From Eledone cirrhosa (lineage: Eukaryota), in contig OZ024743.1 of the NCBI GenBank assembly GCA_964016885.1, positions 229,028,001 to 229,092,000 of the forward strand: DNA of 64,000 nt. Direction: 5' to 3'. The translations under genes were made by a program, and so were the position numbers. Positions 12,666-25,475 of this stretch are shown one piece after another; the stretch's first letter is position 1; every line of letters starts with the position of its first letter. The notes under the pieces were generated by a model, which ran no database searches, had not been told where the DNA came from, and was given only the letters and a program-made list of their open reading frames with translations.

Positions 12666-14288
12666 TATATATATAGAGAGAGAGAGTCACAAAATGAGAT
12701 AGATGAAGAATTAACTCCAGTATTGGACTGGTCCTTTATCAACCTTGAAATGAGGAAAGGCAAATTGACCTCCAAAAGATTTGAACTTAGCATACAAAGA
12801 ACCAGATCAAATGCCACAAAGCTCTATTTGATGCCCTAAAAACTCTGGCAACTTGCCACAGTGATTCTTATCTCTTATCATCTTGTGATGATTTAACAAA
12901 AAATATCTAAAAACTGGTTAGTTAATTCCAATGTTTATAGTATGTTTATAGTTCCCGTATGAGCAAGACAAGGTCAGCCGACTGAACACTGCCCACAGCA
13001 GGGCAACCCGTCTAACCCATGCTAGCATGGAAGAACGGATGTAAAACGGTGATGATGATGATGATGATAGTATCTTTACTAGTAGACAATTGTAGTAAAC
13101 TAAAAGAAAGACATTAGTTTCTAATGTGATCAGTATGGTGTTGTTTTATAATTTTCATGAATGTCTTAATGTAGCACACGACTTTAAGAGTTAACTACAT
13201 TGGATATCTTTAAAGAAATCTGAGGTCATATCATCAATTCTCATCATTCAGAATTCAGTTGTCCAAATTATTAATCTAGATATACAAAAATATGCTATGA
13301 GCGAATAAATTGTTATTAGAGTCAAACTGAACAAATCTTTAATGAGTCTTGTGTTTCTAAAATTAATTGCAACATGATAATGTCTACGTTGGTTGAGGTA
13401 GGATGTGTTTAACAACTTGCCTGAAGACACAACACAATACCTTTATAAGATATGAACAATGACCAACCAATAAGCTGAGAAGTTAAACACCTGATCCACT
13501 TGACCATGGCAGTTTTGCACTACTAGAAAGGTACATAAATGGAGGATAATGTAGTCAAATACTCTAGCAAAGAGAGAGGAACACAATGGAAATCCAAGTG
13601 TGAGTGTTGGATAGAAGAATGGATCAGAAGATTGGCAGAGAAACAAGCAGTAAAGTAGGACAGCAGAAGGGAAGAAGAACAGCAAAAAAAATAAAAATAA
13701 ATAAAAGAAATGCCTAGTTTAATGGCATTTGAGTTACAAATTAGATAATATGGTTATAGAAAAATAAATAAATATGGAAATAGTATGAAACAAGTAATAT
13801 AGTTATAGAAAAGTGATAAATATAGAAATAGAATGAAATAAATAACTGAATAATGATGCAAAATAATTGTTTCTAATTTAGACACAAAGTCAGCAGTTTG
13901 AGATAAGGGGAAAGTCGATTAAATTGACTGCATTACTTTATTGGTATATTATTTTATCAACACCAAAAGGACGAAAGGCAAATTTGAACTCAGACTGTCA
14001 AAAGTCTATAAATAAAATGCAACAAAGTATTTTGTCCTATGCTCTAAAGATGTTCTAAAGATATTATTTATTACATTTTTAAATTGATAAAAATTGGCAT
14101 TGATGATATTTTAAACACTGAAATTGTGACTATAAACTCCTTTTGATTCCCTGTTACAATTGCAGGAGAGATGCTGCGGCTCCCTTGCTTTCATTTTGGG
14201 CAAAATCCTATATTGAAATGAAAGTAAAAAGTAAAACTGCAACGGAAATAAAAGCAGAGTGATAGATATGATGTATTGATTTAAAAGT

Positions 14289-14590
14289 TCTCTTCTTCAC
14301 CCGCTTATTCCTGGGAGGGTCGTGGGGGCAGAATCCTCAAACATTCCTTTCAGCAGGTCTTGTCAGAAGCAACCGTCTCCAACAGATCCGGCTGGACCCC
14401 CGAGCGAGACCAGCCAAGCTCATGGACGTTATCCAACCATCTTGCTTGGGGGTCTACCTCTGGGTTTCCTGTTGATTAGTTTTGTCCATAAAATCTGTCC
14501 AGTGATTCTTTCCTGAGGCATTCTAACCAATGGCCCATAGTATGAAAGCTGTGATCTCTTAATTCAGAGAAGTAGTGGCTCTACCTGAAG
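14289..14590 (-). mobile_element. 3' fragment of another RTE family (Expander/Rex3-like end)
   Basis: Minus translation VEPLLL*IKRSQLSYYGPLVRMPQERI..KPRGRP; terminus ctgcccccacgaccctcccaggaataagcgggtgaagaagag. Confidence 0.75.
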
Positions 14591-14604
14591 TGATTCAATA
14601 AAGT

Positions 14605-14608
<4 letters not shown>

Positions 14609-14653
<45 letters not shown>
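14609..14653. repeat. (TA)n microsatellite
   Basis: Direct reading. Confidence 0.98.
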
Positions 14654-14656
<3 letters not shown>

Positions 14657-14694
14657 GAAACAAGAAATGAGCAAACAGAAGATGCAATAGCATG

Positions 14695-14775
14695 AATTGT
14701 ATTAGTTTCAAGCTTCGAAGAAAAATGAGTTACATAGTCAAAGAATCCGGCATTTGCCCTTCATCAGAAAAAAAA
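14695..14775 (-). ncRNA. Degenerate hammerhead-ribozyme-like motif
   Basis: Minus: CUGAUGA (14767-14761) A-GGGC...GCUU GAAACUAAUA (one change from GAAACUAGUA). Stem I is not recoverable; the motif lies ~50 nt from (TA)n. Confidence 0.4.
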
Positions 14776-15187
14776 ACACAAAAGGAAAAGTGCAAAGACA
14801 ATAAAAATAAAGTTGTTAAAATAAAATTAGAAAGAAAATAAAGAAATAAAAGGAGAGGAGGAGTGTGCTGGTGTGGGGGTCAGGGTGAGGGTGGCAGATG
14901 TGCAGTGGGTAGGTAAGTGCAACTATAAATTTGATTAACTACAAGAAATAAGATTCATAAATACCAATTGATGATATATTTGCAGTTAATTCTTTTTATA
15001 CCAACCCAGCTCAAAGCAGGTGTTGTTCTATGAAACAAAACAACCCATTCTAGAGGTTACATCTTTAAATTTGAATCTTCCAAGATAATTTTATATAAGA
15101 ATCATATGTTATGTTTCTATGTTAGAAATGAAGTAATAATTTTAGAAAATCCCTCAAAATTCATTTTTTGTTCATTTATTACAATCA

Positions 15188-15915
15188 CTATCAGAAGAAC
15201 CACCCTACGGGAGGTTTTCTGCTAGCATATATAGTGTGTATATTGATATATGCAAATGTATATGCACATAGATATAATATGTAAATTGATAATATGCACA
15301 TAAACTGAACAAAGACTGTGTTATACTTACTTCTGTAATCAGTAAAGTAATCCATGATATATTAAAAAAGAGAGGCAATAATGGAGATGGAAAAGCGATG
15401 AAATGTTGAGGGAAAATGTTCATGAATCTTCACTTGAGAATGTCGATGGGAAGCTTCAAGCAGTGAATTTGAAAATAGATGCTGCTGGTATGAATGAATG
15501 AATTACATTTACCAATCTCACAGTACACTACCTGATCAATGGCACCAGCAGTTTTGGGCTTGCTATCTTCAGCCATTATCAGCACAACATGGGCATGAGT
15601 GAGGTCTCATTTTCTGCCACTCTATTGCAGCAGAATGACCCACAACTTTTCCTAGAAGATCTTTTTTCATTATGTCATCCATGAGGCTGTCATATTTGAT
15701 CTTGAAGACTCTTGCATAAATATCAGGACGGTCTCTAGGTTCTTCACCAGGTTGCAAACTATTTTTTATTTCATCCCAGTTAGGGTTAGTTGTTACCGTG
15801 ATGAAATAAGATGGCTTTCCCATGTGTCGAACCACAGTCATCGAATTCTGAAAGCACTCACTGTAGAAGCAAGGGGAACCATAGATTGAAGGAGGAAGAA
15901 TAATTCTCCGACCTG
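15188..15915 (-). mobile_element. Internally deleted Helitron: Rep fragment plus 3' terminus
   Basis: 15188-15360 is the reverse complement of the hairpin+CTAG end at 17632-17817 (here ending ATAG|T); a Rep coding remnant lies upstream on the same strand. Confidence 0.8.
15529..15915 (-). pseudogene. Helitron Rep (HUH endonuclease) fragment
   Basis: GRRIILPPSIYGSP..GKPSYFITVTTNPNWDEI..DRPDIYARVFKIK..IEWQK, frameshifted into PHAH: Helitron Rep motifs I and II. Confidence 0.92.
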
Positions 15916-15919
15916 CACT

Positions 15920-16030
15920 TGTTTCAGACGTTAGACAGTGCCCATGCTGGGGTACCACAATTAAAGGATTTTCTTGACCTCAATTCCAGTACATATATTT
16001 TAAAATCTAGTACTTATTTTATTGATCTCT
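15920..16030 (-). mobile_element. Fragment of a third SINE-like family (gtttcag..ccatgctggggcacc)
   Basis: Related pieces at ~34140-34290 (-), 46150-46290 (+), 46320-46490 (+) and 31310-31400 (-). Confidence 0.55.
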
Positions 16031-16891
16031 TCTATTCTCTTTGAAACGTGTGTGTGTGTGTGTCTATGTGTTCATATGTATGATGGTACCCTATCACTTG
16101 CGACGAGGATTCTTCCAGCTAGGTTTCTTAAATGGAGCAGCCTGAAATTAAGGTGAGAATGTCTGAGCATTCCATAGACACCTATAACGGAGGATTTCAG
16201 GGTGGGACTACATTGCTTCTTTGACTTACTGCAGAGTACACTTTTTTTACTTCAGTGGAGAGAATAAAGGCGAAATAAAGTGTCTTGCCCAAGAACACAA
16301 CGCACTGATGGGATTCAAACTCTCAACATTACTATCATGAGACACACACACAGACATAAACGCACACACATATGCACACATACACAGATACAGTAACACA
16401 CATATATACATATATATATACACATAAATACTTATGCACACACACAGATACACACATATACACACACATAAACACACCACACAAATATATATATACATGT
16501 TTGAGTGAGACTATGTACTTATGTAATGGTAAAAAGAATATACACCTGTGGATTGAATCATTGGTACTGTAGTAAATTATCCTTTCCTTATTTCCACATC
16601 TTCACATACATATATACAGCCACATATACAGATAACCACACTATCGTCTATCTTTCTATCTACCTACCTGTATATCTATGTATCGATCTATCGACCTATC
16701 TATCTACTTGCCAACCTACTTATCTATCTACCTCTCACACACACACAAGTATACCTACTCGAGAGAGTGTGTCCATTAGATGTATAATTGCATTTCAAGA
16801 ATTACGAAGTATTTGCAAGTTACTTCATCCAGGGAGGATTAATAATAGCTTCACTAACCTCGGAAGACTATTTGTGCAGTATGTATGTGTG

Positions 16892-17817
16892 TCTATATAT
16901 ATAAATATATTCGCGCATGTACAGTATGGACCGGTCTTCGTGCATGTGCACTTCAGACCAGCCTTCGCGCATGTGCACTCCAGACCAGCCTTCGCGCATG
17001 TGCACTCCAGACCAGCCTTCGCGCATGCGCACTCCAGACCAGCCTTCGCGCATGCGCACTTCAGACCAGCCTTCGCGCATGCGCACTTCAGACCAGCCTT
17101 CGTGCATGCATAGTACGGACCAGCCTCCGCGCATGCGCAGTACGAACCAGCTTTCACACATGCGCAGTATGGAACAGACTTTGCGCATGTGCACTTCGGA
17201 CCAGATTTCGCCTATATATATGTCTATGTATGAATAGATATATTTGTGTGTGTGTCTGCATCAGACATAATTTATATGCTATGACATTTATATATAATGT
17301 AATAGCATATAAATGAGCGTACAACAGAGCTTAATCTAAACTATAATAAAGTAAGAAGCGCGAGACTGTGTACAGTTTATAATTTTTTATCCCCTTAGTA
17401 AAATAAGTTGGATTACTTTGAATAAATAATGAATGAATATTACATAATTTATCTACTAAATTTTGTGGCTGTTCATTAAATAAATTTTATTACTTATTTA
17501 AAGATTCATTTCTTTAAAATTTTCAAATGTCAACACTTCCGGTTAGCGATTGTTTAAATAAACATTCATATATTTCCATCACTAATTTTCTCCTAATGCA
17601 GTTTATATATAATATCGTCTTTTTATAATGTATCATGGATTACGTTACTGATTACATAGGACAGTGTAACACAGTCTTCATTCAATTTCTGTGTATATTG
17701 TCAATTACGGTTTTATTTGATGTATCATATCTACATGCATATATAGTTGCATATAATGTCAATATACACACTACACATGCTAGCAGAAAACCACCCGAAG
17801 GATGGTTTTTCTGCTAG
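16892..17817 (+). mobile_element. Non-autonomous Helitron (~926 bp)
   Basis: 5' TCTATATATATAAA at 16892; 3' hairpin ctagcagaaaacca-cccgaagga-tggtttttctgctag ending CTAG|T at 17817. The base before TC is G rather than the canonical A. Confidence 0.75.
16910..17206. repeat. 27-bp CpG-rich minisatellite, 11 units (consensus ttcgcgcatgYgcactYcagaccagcc)
   Basis: Units counted at 27-bp spacing from 16910 to 17180; they generate the 9-aa repeat ORFs in several frames. Confidence 0.97.
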
Positions 17818-18104
17818 TTATAAATGAGTTTTAAAAAAAAGAGTTAATAAATAAATAAAACGTTATACTTGTTTTACCCTCCCATTTCCAATTAAACCGA
17901 ACGCTATCATGACTGTATGTGTGTTTGTATAAATGTATTTGTTGTGTAAGTTTGTGTTTGCGCCATTATAGTTGTATACTCATAATAGTTATATACTCAT
18001 ATGTGCACACTCATACGCGTCAGTGTGTAGAAAATTATAATCTCTCTATATCTCTCATCACACACTCTCTTTCTATATATATGGTAGTTGAAGTGGTGGT
18101 GGCA

Positions 18105-18502
18105 ACGATATACCGGAAGTGCAACTTTGAAAAGAAGTCAGTTTTAGAATATTTACTTTTTACAAAATTATTTATTTACGAAATTAAGCACATAAATTAA
18201 GTAATATTCATTCATTGGTGGATTGGCAGTATCGGTAGAGGGTCAGACGCCATGCTTTGACGCATAGAGTTACGGCCCTTCTCATTCTGAGTTCAAATCC
18301 CGTCGAGGTTAACTTTGCCTTTCATCCTTACGGGGTCGATAAAATAAAGTACCAGTAATGCACTGGGTAATTGCTGGCCTTGTGCCAAAAGTAGAAACAA
18401 TTATTTATTCAAAGTAATCCAACTTATTTTACTAACTGGATTAAAAGGAATAAACCGTATGCAGTCCCGCAGTCCTTGCTTTATTATAGTTTAGATTTAG
18501 GC
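18105..18502 (-). mobile_element. Inverted, diverged copy of Helitron internal segment 17330-17550, split by a SINE
   Basis: ttagtaaaataagttggattactttgaataaataatgaatgaatattac (17396-17443) reappears reverse-complemented on either side of the SINE. Confidence 0.8.
18216..18405 (+). mobile_element. tRNA-headed SINE (same family as 11513-11700), well preserved
   Basis: Full ~190-bp match, CpGs retained, aattatt tail. Confidence 0.92.
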
Positions 18503-20221
18503 AAAACATCTGGTTGATTCTACTTTCAAGTTCAATAGAAAAGGCTTATAGGATTTTGTCTACATATGTTCTTGACAAAGAATATGAGTATTATATCTTA
18601 CTTCTTTTTTTTCCCGGTTAAAAGTATTAAGCACCATGACTATGATAAGTACCAACATTATATTAGAATATGTAAATCTTAGAAATAAATATTAGTCTTC
18701 TGGCTAGCATGAAGAATAAAAAAAATTTTAAAAAGGAGTAGATTGAAGGAAACTATGTCTGCATTGGTTTTTTTCAATGCTGATTCTATCTGCTGAGTGC
18801 AACGTCTGGCAACAGGAGCAATGTTAAGTAATTTTTCAAGAACACAGCATGCCACTCAGTCCAGGAATTGAACTCACAACCTTATGATTGTGAATCTAAC
18901 ACTCTGACCATTAAAAAAAATGTAAAGAATATTCATAAAAAAACCTTTTTTTTTTCCATAGAAATAATATCATGATAGAGGGAGGCTACTATCTTTAAGA
19001 AGAAATATTTTTTATTTATTTATCTTTTCATATTTTCTTTCTATAAAGAGAATGAAAAACAAGACAAAAGTAATTTCAGAAAGTGCAGAGAGAAAATATG
19101 AAGAATAGTGATTTTTTACAATGATATATACCATGTGGAATTGGCCTGCTATGGAGGGATGGGAAGGGTGGAAAAGAGAAGAGACGCTAATAACTAGCCA
19201 CTTCCTCTGGACATGAATCCATTAAGTCCGTAGCCAGTATTTCAATCAGAGAATCTGCCATTTATATTCAATAAATTCACCCACTCAGAATCATAGGAGA
19301 GAGATGGTTTCTGAAATTTCCATCTTAGAACAAATATTGAAACTAAAAAAAAAAAAGAAAAAATGCGTAAGGTGGAGAAAAAAGAAAGAAACAAAGATCT
19401 AATGAACAAACAAAAGAAAGAACAAAGGAAAGAAAGCAGGAATAAAAGAAAGAGCTAATGACACAAAGGAACAAAGAAAGGAAAGAAAGAGGCAAAGGAG
19501 TGAATTTACCCACAAAGATATGATTTTATGATTTACACCAGAAATGGGCATGTGTGTATAAATGATTGGAGGAAAGGTGGGTGGGTTGGTAAGGTTGGCA
19601 AAGAATGTTCTTGTCCAATAGCTCTGGGCTATGTGGAGTCATGGAACAAATTGACCAGTACAAATTACAGACATTGGTCAAGGAGATTATGACAAATACT
19701 GCTAAGATTTGCAGCTGCTAAAATTGTGATTTGTAGGCATGTATGTGAAATAGCGGAAAGAAAGGCAGAGTAGCCATTACTATCAAACAGACCAAAGAAA
19801 GTGTATGTATGTATATGCATGTGTACATAAGCATACACATGCATGTATACAAATATACATGCATATGTACAATGCTCACATGTATGTATTCCTACAAACA
19901 CATATGCATGTATATATGTGTAAATGCATGCATATATGTGTATGCTTACACATGCACATGTGTGCATGGCTGTGTACATGTGTGTGTATGAGGTTGTGGT
20001 GGAAGAAATACTAACTGACCAAGCTAATTTAGACTCTCACCAAGAATCTCCAGCCTCCAGTCAAAGTGTCATGATGCCAGTTACTAAGACTAACTATTAA
20101 ATAGTGGTAAGGTCTTTAATCTTGTGACTCACCTGAATGATGAACAGTCTCAAATAAGCTTTCTTATTTAGAATAGAAATTATGCAGATGATCACATGAA
20201 GTGCACACCTATATATGTATG

Positions 20222-20226
<5 letters not shown>

Positions 20227-20276
<50 letters not shown>
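20227..20276. repeat. (TG)n microsatellite
   Basis: Direct reading. Confidence 0.98.
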
Positions 20277-20278
<2 letters not shown>

Positions 20279-20601
20279 CATATGACTTAGTGGTTAAAGC
20301 ATTGGCCTTGCAATCGAAAGGTTGTGAGTTCAATTCTCAGACCGGGTGATGTGTTGTTTCCTTGAGCAAGACACTTTATTTCACATTGCTCCAGTTTACT
20401 CAGCTGTAGAAATGAGATGATAGGGACCCCAGTCCCTATCATTCCACTGCAAAGTGGTTGTGGAGGTGCCACGGCAAAAAAGCACCCAGCACTCACTGTA
20501 AATGAGGTTGGTGTTAGGAAGGGCATCCAGCTATAGAAATCAAGCCAGAATCAGTTCCCGTCCCACCCTTGCAAGTAAAATGAAATGATGATGATGATGA
20601 T
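20277..20601 (+). mobile_element. tRNA-headed SINE with CCTTGAGCAAGACACTT core and RTE-derived 3' tail
   Basis: Head ttagtggttaaagc..gagttcaattc; tail cactgtaaatgaggttggtgttaggaagggcatccagctatagaaa matches LINE 49822-49868; ends (GAT)n. Confidence 0.85.
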
Positions 20602-21439
20602 TGCATAAAGACACACAACTCTCTCTCTCTTTCTTTCTATCTCATATATATATATATATAAATACACTTGTATATATACATACACACATACTGTCATATA
20701 GAAGCATTTCTATCACTTTCTACAATTTTTGGAACAATGAAACCCTCAAATGCAGATTGTTTATTCCTTTTTCAGATTTAGTTTTAAAACTAAAGTGAGC
20801 AAAGAGTTATGGCTCACTTATATTAGAAATTTGAGATATGAGCATGTGCATAGATATGCATACATGTATGCACATGCATACATGTATGTGTGTATAGTGA
20901 TGCATGTGGTTTAATGGTTAGGGTTTTTGGCTCATGTTTATAAATTCAATTCCTGAAAGTGTGGTGTGTCCTTGAGTAAGACACTTTATTTTTTGTTGCT
21001 ACAGACCACCTAGCTGGCAAAATAAGATGTATCTGTATTTCAAAGTGCCAGACACTGAAAGCCATTTTTCTTTTTCAGCAATGCTATCAAAATTGTTCAC
21101 CTACAAGTCTGGATGACTTAATTTCAGGAAAAGGTTTTGCTTTATTTGATTACAAGGTTAGATCCAAGTTGATGCAGAACAACCCTGGCAAATATTAATT
21201 TCCCAGTCTCTCATGCAGAGTACCAATGAAAACAACCTTAAACATCATTTAAAATACAATCAATTATGGAGTCTGGTGTCTGCTGCTTTGTGTGGACAAG
21301 AGCTTCTTAATATATTCATTTTTTTTTTATTTTTGCTTTTATTCACTGACAACATTCTTCATAATGTTGGTTGGTACACTTGCATTGCTCATTTCAGAGC
21401 TATTATTACTGGAGAAATTGCCATCATCGCCAACTATAT

Positions 21440-21457
21440 AACAATAATAATAGCAAA

Positions 21458-21508
<51 letters not shown>

Positions 21509-21740
21509 ATAATAATAAATGATAATAATAAATAGTAGTAGTAGTAGTAGCAGCAACATTAATAATAAAACAAAATGAAAAACAGAAACTCAATGATGAT
21601 GATAATGATGTTGGTGATAGTGCTGATAATAGTTTATCGTTATTGTCAGTCTCATCATCATTACAGTAATTATTATGACTACTTGTTTATTGTTGTTGTT
21701 GCAGCTACTGATGATGATGGTGACATTATTATTATTGTTA
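21440..21740. repeat. Compound (AAT)n/(AGT)n/(GAT)n microsatellites
   Basis: Direct reading. Confidence 0.9.
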
Positions 21741-22189
21741 TTGTTTTAAAAAGCCATAATAAAAGCAACTAGCATTATTTAATAGAATTCACTTTTTGTT
21801 AATTTTTTAAAAAATGTGCAGAGAAAAATAAAAATAAATTTAAGAAGCAAATAAAATATGAAGACAATATTTTCACTTCAACAGCTTCTCTGATAACTCA
21901 TTGCGAAAACAAAGCATGTACTATACTATTCACAAATTTCTGCCAAAAGAGGGGGGAGATGTAATATTACATTTTCAGAGAGCTTTTTACACTAAAGAAG
22001 AGAAACAAATTCATGACAAATTGAATATTTATCAGAAAATGCAGATAATAGTTATACTGTGCTATAACATGACTTAAAATATATAGTTATCTTCAATAAA
22101 ACCATATATGTATAGAATAATATCTGAGTCTGAATCCTGTCAGAGTTGATCAAATAAATATACCAGTAATATAATGTGCTGTGAAAGTG

Positions 22190-22505
22190 CATGGCTCAAT
22201 GGCTAAGGTTTTCGAATAATGATCATAAAGTTGTGAATTTGATTTCAGGAGGCACCATGTATTTTCGAGCAAGACACTTTATTTCATGTTGTTCCAGTTC
22301 ACTTAGCTTGAAGAAAATAAGTTTTAGTTTTATTTCAAAGGTCAACCTCCTTACACACTGTCATGCTGAATCTTCATCTTCCTAAGAATATGTTAAAGGT
22401 ACATGTTTTTGTGGAATGTTCAGTCATTTGCACATTAATTTTATGAGTAGGCTGTTCCATTGATCAAATAACTGGAATACTTGTCCTTTGAACATATGGA
22501 GAACC
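22190..22505 (+). mobile_element. Old tRNA-headed SINE (GAGCAAGACACTTTATTTC core; gtggaatg..ttaatttc..gctgttccattgatc 3' part)
   Basis: Diverged relatives at ~3430-3645, 16100-16340 (-), 24283-24575, 31410-31630 and 50717-51015. Confidence 0.75.
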
Positions 22506-22600
22506 AATATACACACACAAAGCAGTAAACATAGTGCATACATTCAACTATATCATTCTATATCATTCAACTATATCTATTGTGCATTTCATGACCCTAA

Positions 22601-22834
22601 CCCTTTCATTACTACTGTCTATTATTTTCAAATAATTTTGTAAATAAACTAGAATTTGGAGTGATTTAGTAATACAACCAACTTTCTTATTATTCTAGTG
22701 TTTTGAACATAATTAACAAAGGTTACTAAATAAGATTGTGGTGGAAAGAGTTTAGATAAATATAAACACTTTAAAACAAACAGTTTTGTGTCATAGAACC
22801 AAGGGAATTTTCAGGCAGTCTGATATCAAAAGGG
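22601..22834 (+). mobile_element. piggyBac-type MITE with CTAA target duplication
   Basis: ctaa|CCCTTT.....AAAAGGG|ctaa; internal motifs shared with the other copies. Confidence 0.85.
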
Positions 22835-24282
22835 CTAATCAAGATGGCATAAAGGTAGAGGATTAGACTAAATTAGGTGCAGCATTTAGTTACGTCCTCT
22901 GTAAATGGATCTCTGTCACATTCAAATTATAAGTCATCTAGTTTTTGATCAACAGAAAGACCAACTCATAAAATTTGCAAGAGGCTAAGTATTGCACAAA
23001 CCATTGTACTCTTAACATAATACCAAGATATATTGAAAGAGCTATTCAACTTGTCAGCCATCTTCATCCTGATTGTATAGAGTTGGGAATTGGTTCAGAG
23101 ACCTTGGATACCCCTGGACACCAGATGTTTATTCTGATGTGTGTTTATGCTGATGCAATAAGTAGAGAGCAATTAGTACTTTGACAGCTTGCATTCTTCA
23201 ACTTGGGCAAAGGAATCTGGGCTTGATACTGAGTACACCAGTCTGTTACAGGAGAAAGTTTATCACTGCAGATTGTATAACAAATGAAGGGCTTACATAC
23301 ACGCAATGGGAAGATTGTGATGTTATCCAAATGTTTGCCCTGTCCTCCGTCTAACATCATTAGTCCCAGCTAAAGTGCTATGAAATATATTAACAACTAC
23401 AACAGCTCCAAAAGAATTATAATACTGATGAATGCGAGGGCACAAAATAAACTGCTGGGACCCATGTGTGTCAGTGGTTGTCACTTTATTAACCTCAGAG
23501 GGTTGGATAAATTAAATATTTAATAAAAGCAAAATAATAGTCAATCCCTACAGTATTTGAACTCAAAATTAAGTAGCAAATAAACTAATAATGACAGAAT
23601 ATATTTATCATTTTGTACAATTACGAAAGTTTCAGAATGGTAGAATTTAATTTTAAATGTTTTTCTATCTCTTGAGATGATATAGCAATTTGAAAAATGA
23701 CAAATATTGATAGATATTTAAATATTAAAATAGTTCCTTTTTTCTTAATAAATTTTGAAAATTTAGTTGCTTAGACTATATATACACACACACACGTACA
23801 CATACATACATACACACACTATGTGTGTGCCAGCTGGGAAAATGGATATATGATGATGGTGATGTTGATGCTATATATCCTTTATTATGTAGGTATGAGC
23901 TGTTTTTCTCTTAGTATGACAGCAAATAGAGGTAAACAAGCTCTGATAAGTATTGATATATATTAAACTGTGTGCAGTACATTGTGAACACCATGTTATT
24001 GAGAACATGGAATGTGTTCCTAATTTCCAATCTGCAAGACTGTCCATCCATCAATTCAAGGGCCCTTAACTCCTCATTGAGTCGGCACTTACACCTGATG
24101 GATCCCACCCCTCTTTAGACTGGAAACAGTCAAATTCTTCTGGAGGAAGAGAGAATAAGAAAGTCAGAAAGAGATACAGAAGAAGATTTGCTGATATATG
24201 CTGCTGATGATGATGTTGATGCTATATATGATGTTGATTTGTTGATGAATATATATAATGATGTTATATGATCTGTGAAGGG

Positions 24283-24575
24283 ATGTGGCTTAGAAGTTAG
24301 AGTGTTTAACTAATAATTGTAACGTCATGAGCACATTGTGTTCTTGAGCAAGACACTATTTCATGCTGTATTCCATTCAGCTAGAGTGAAAAATGAATTG
24401 CACTTGTGATTCAAAGAGCTTGCTTGCAGTATCACACTGAATTTCTCTGAGATTTACATTAAAAGGCACACATCTATGCAGAATGTTCACCCATTTGTAC
24501 ATTAATTTCATGATCATGCTATTCCATTGATCAAATAACTCGAACACTCATACTCAGAACTGAAGGAGATCCCAC
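24283..24575 (+). mobile_element. Old tRNA-headed SINE (same family as 22190-22505)
   Basis: Colinear motifs ttcttgagcaagacact and acattaatttcatga..tattccattgatcaaataact. Confidence 0.75.
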
Positions 24576-24913
24576 TCACACCATATGATTTGCTGGTGAG
24601 AGACATATGCTCATATTTTTTCATTCTGAGAAAATATAAGTAAGCTGTATTCTAAAAACAATATAAATATATCTGTGTAATTGTGTATATTCATGTATGT
24701 GAGCAAGTGTGTAAATATGTATATCTATACATTTGTGTGTGTGTGTAAATGTGTGCACAGATGTCTAACTAATATTTGTTTGCCTGGCATGAAATTAGAG
24801 GGGGTGGGAATGAAACGAAAGTTAATTGCCTGTTAAGTAGGCAACTAACATAGTTATTAGCAGAGATGGTTACCAATAAACGTTATTCATAATCAATATA
24901 TCAATATCGACAT

Positions 24914-25475
24914 ATCATCATCATCATTTAACATCTGCTTTCCTTGCTAGCAAAGGTTGGATGGTTCCACATAGACCAAATCAGTACTAAAGCGGGGCAG
25001 CTGACTTCCTAGGCAGGCTGCGGTGGTCTGTATGTTGCTTACATACGGTCATATTGAGTTTAGAGTTGTTTTGTCTTTTGACACAAACAGAAGGGTGCTC
25101 ATAACCCCTAGTTTGTCAAGCTTTATATAGCTGGATGCCCAACCACTTTATAGCATGTACTGGGTGCTTTTTCTGTGTCAATCACCAACACTAGGGAGGC
25201 TGTCACGTCTTTGACCCAACTAAAGGGTCCTCTACTTCTTTGTTTGGCAAGTTTTCTATGTCTGGATGCCCTTCCTATCACAAATTAGTTTACAATGGGT
25301 ACTGGGTGTGTTTATCATGTAGATCACCAACACTAGAGAGCTTGTTATGTCTGACACAGCTAAAGGGTCCTCTCAACCTTTTTAGGCATGGTTTCCAAAG
25401 CAAGGTGCACTTCCTGTCTCCAACCACCCATAGAGTGTACCGGGTGCATTTTTGTGGCACCATCACTAGAGAGGT
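24914..25475 (-). mobile_element. RTE-tail-derived repeat with degenerate internal reiterations
   Basis: (CAT)n-ttaacatc tail at 24914; repeated ctggatgccc..gtactgggtg..tcaccaacactag..ctaaagggtcct units. Confidence 0.65.

Noticed and set aside
15916-15958. N-terminus of the 129-aa Helitron ORF
   Set aside because: It derives from the adjacent SINE-like fragment, so the ORF is a chance fusion rather than a gene.
16505-17316. 202-aa and overlapping ORFs with 9-aa repeats; CRISPR-like appearance
   Set aside because: A stop-free 27-bp minisatellite is open in many frames; the units are contiguous with no unique spacers and there are no cas genes.
22900-24130. More complex sequence at 22.9-23.4 kb and 23.9-24.1 kb (also 38.05-38.5 kb) as possible host exons or TE remnants
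   Set aside because: No recognisable protein motif or supportable splice structure; BLASTX would be needed.
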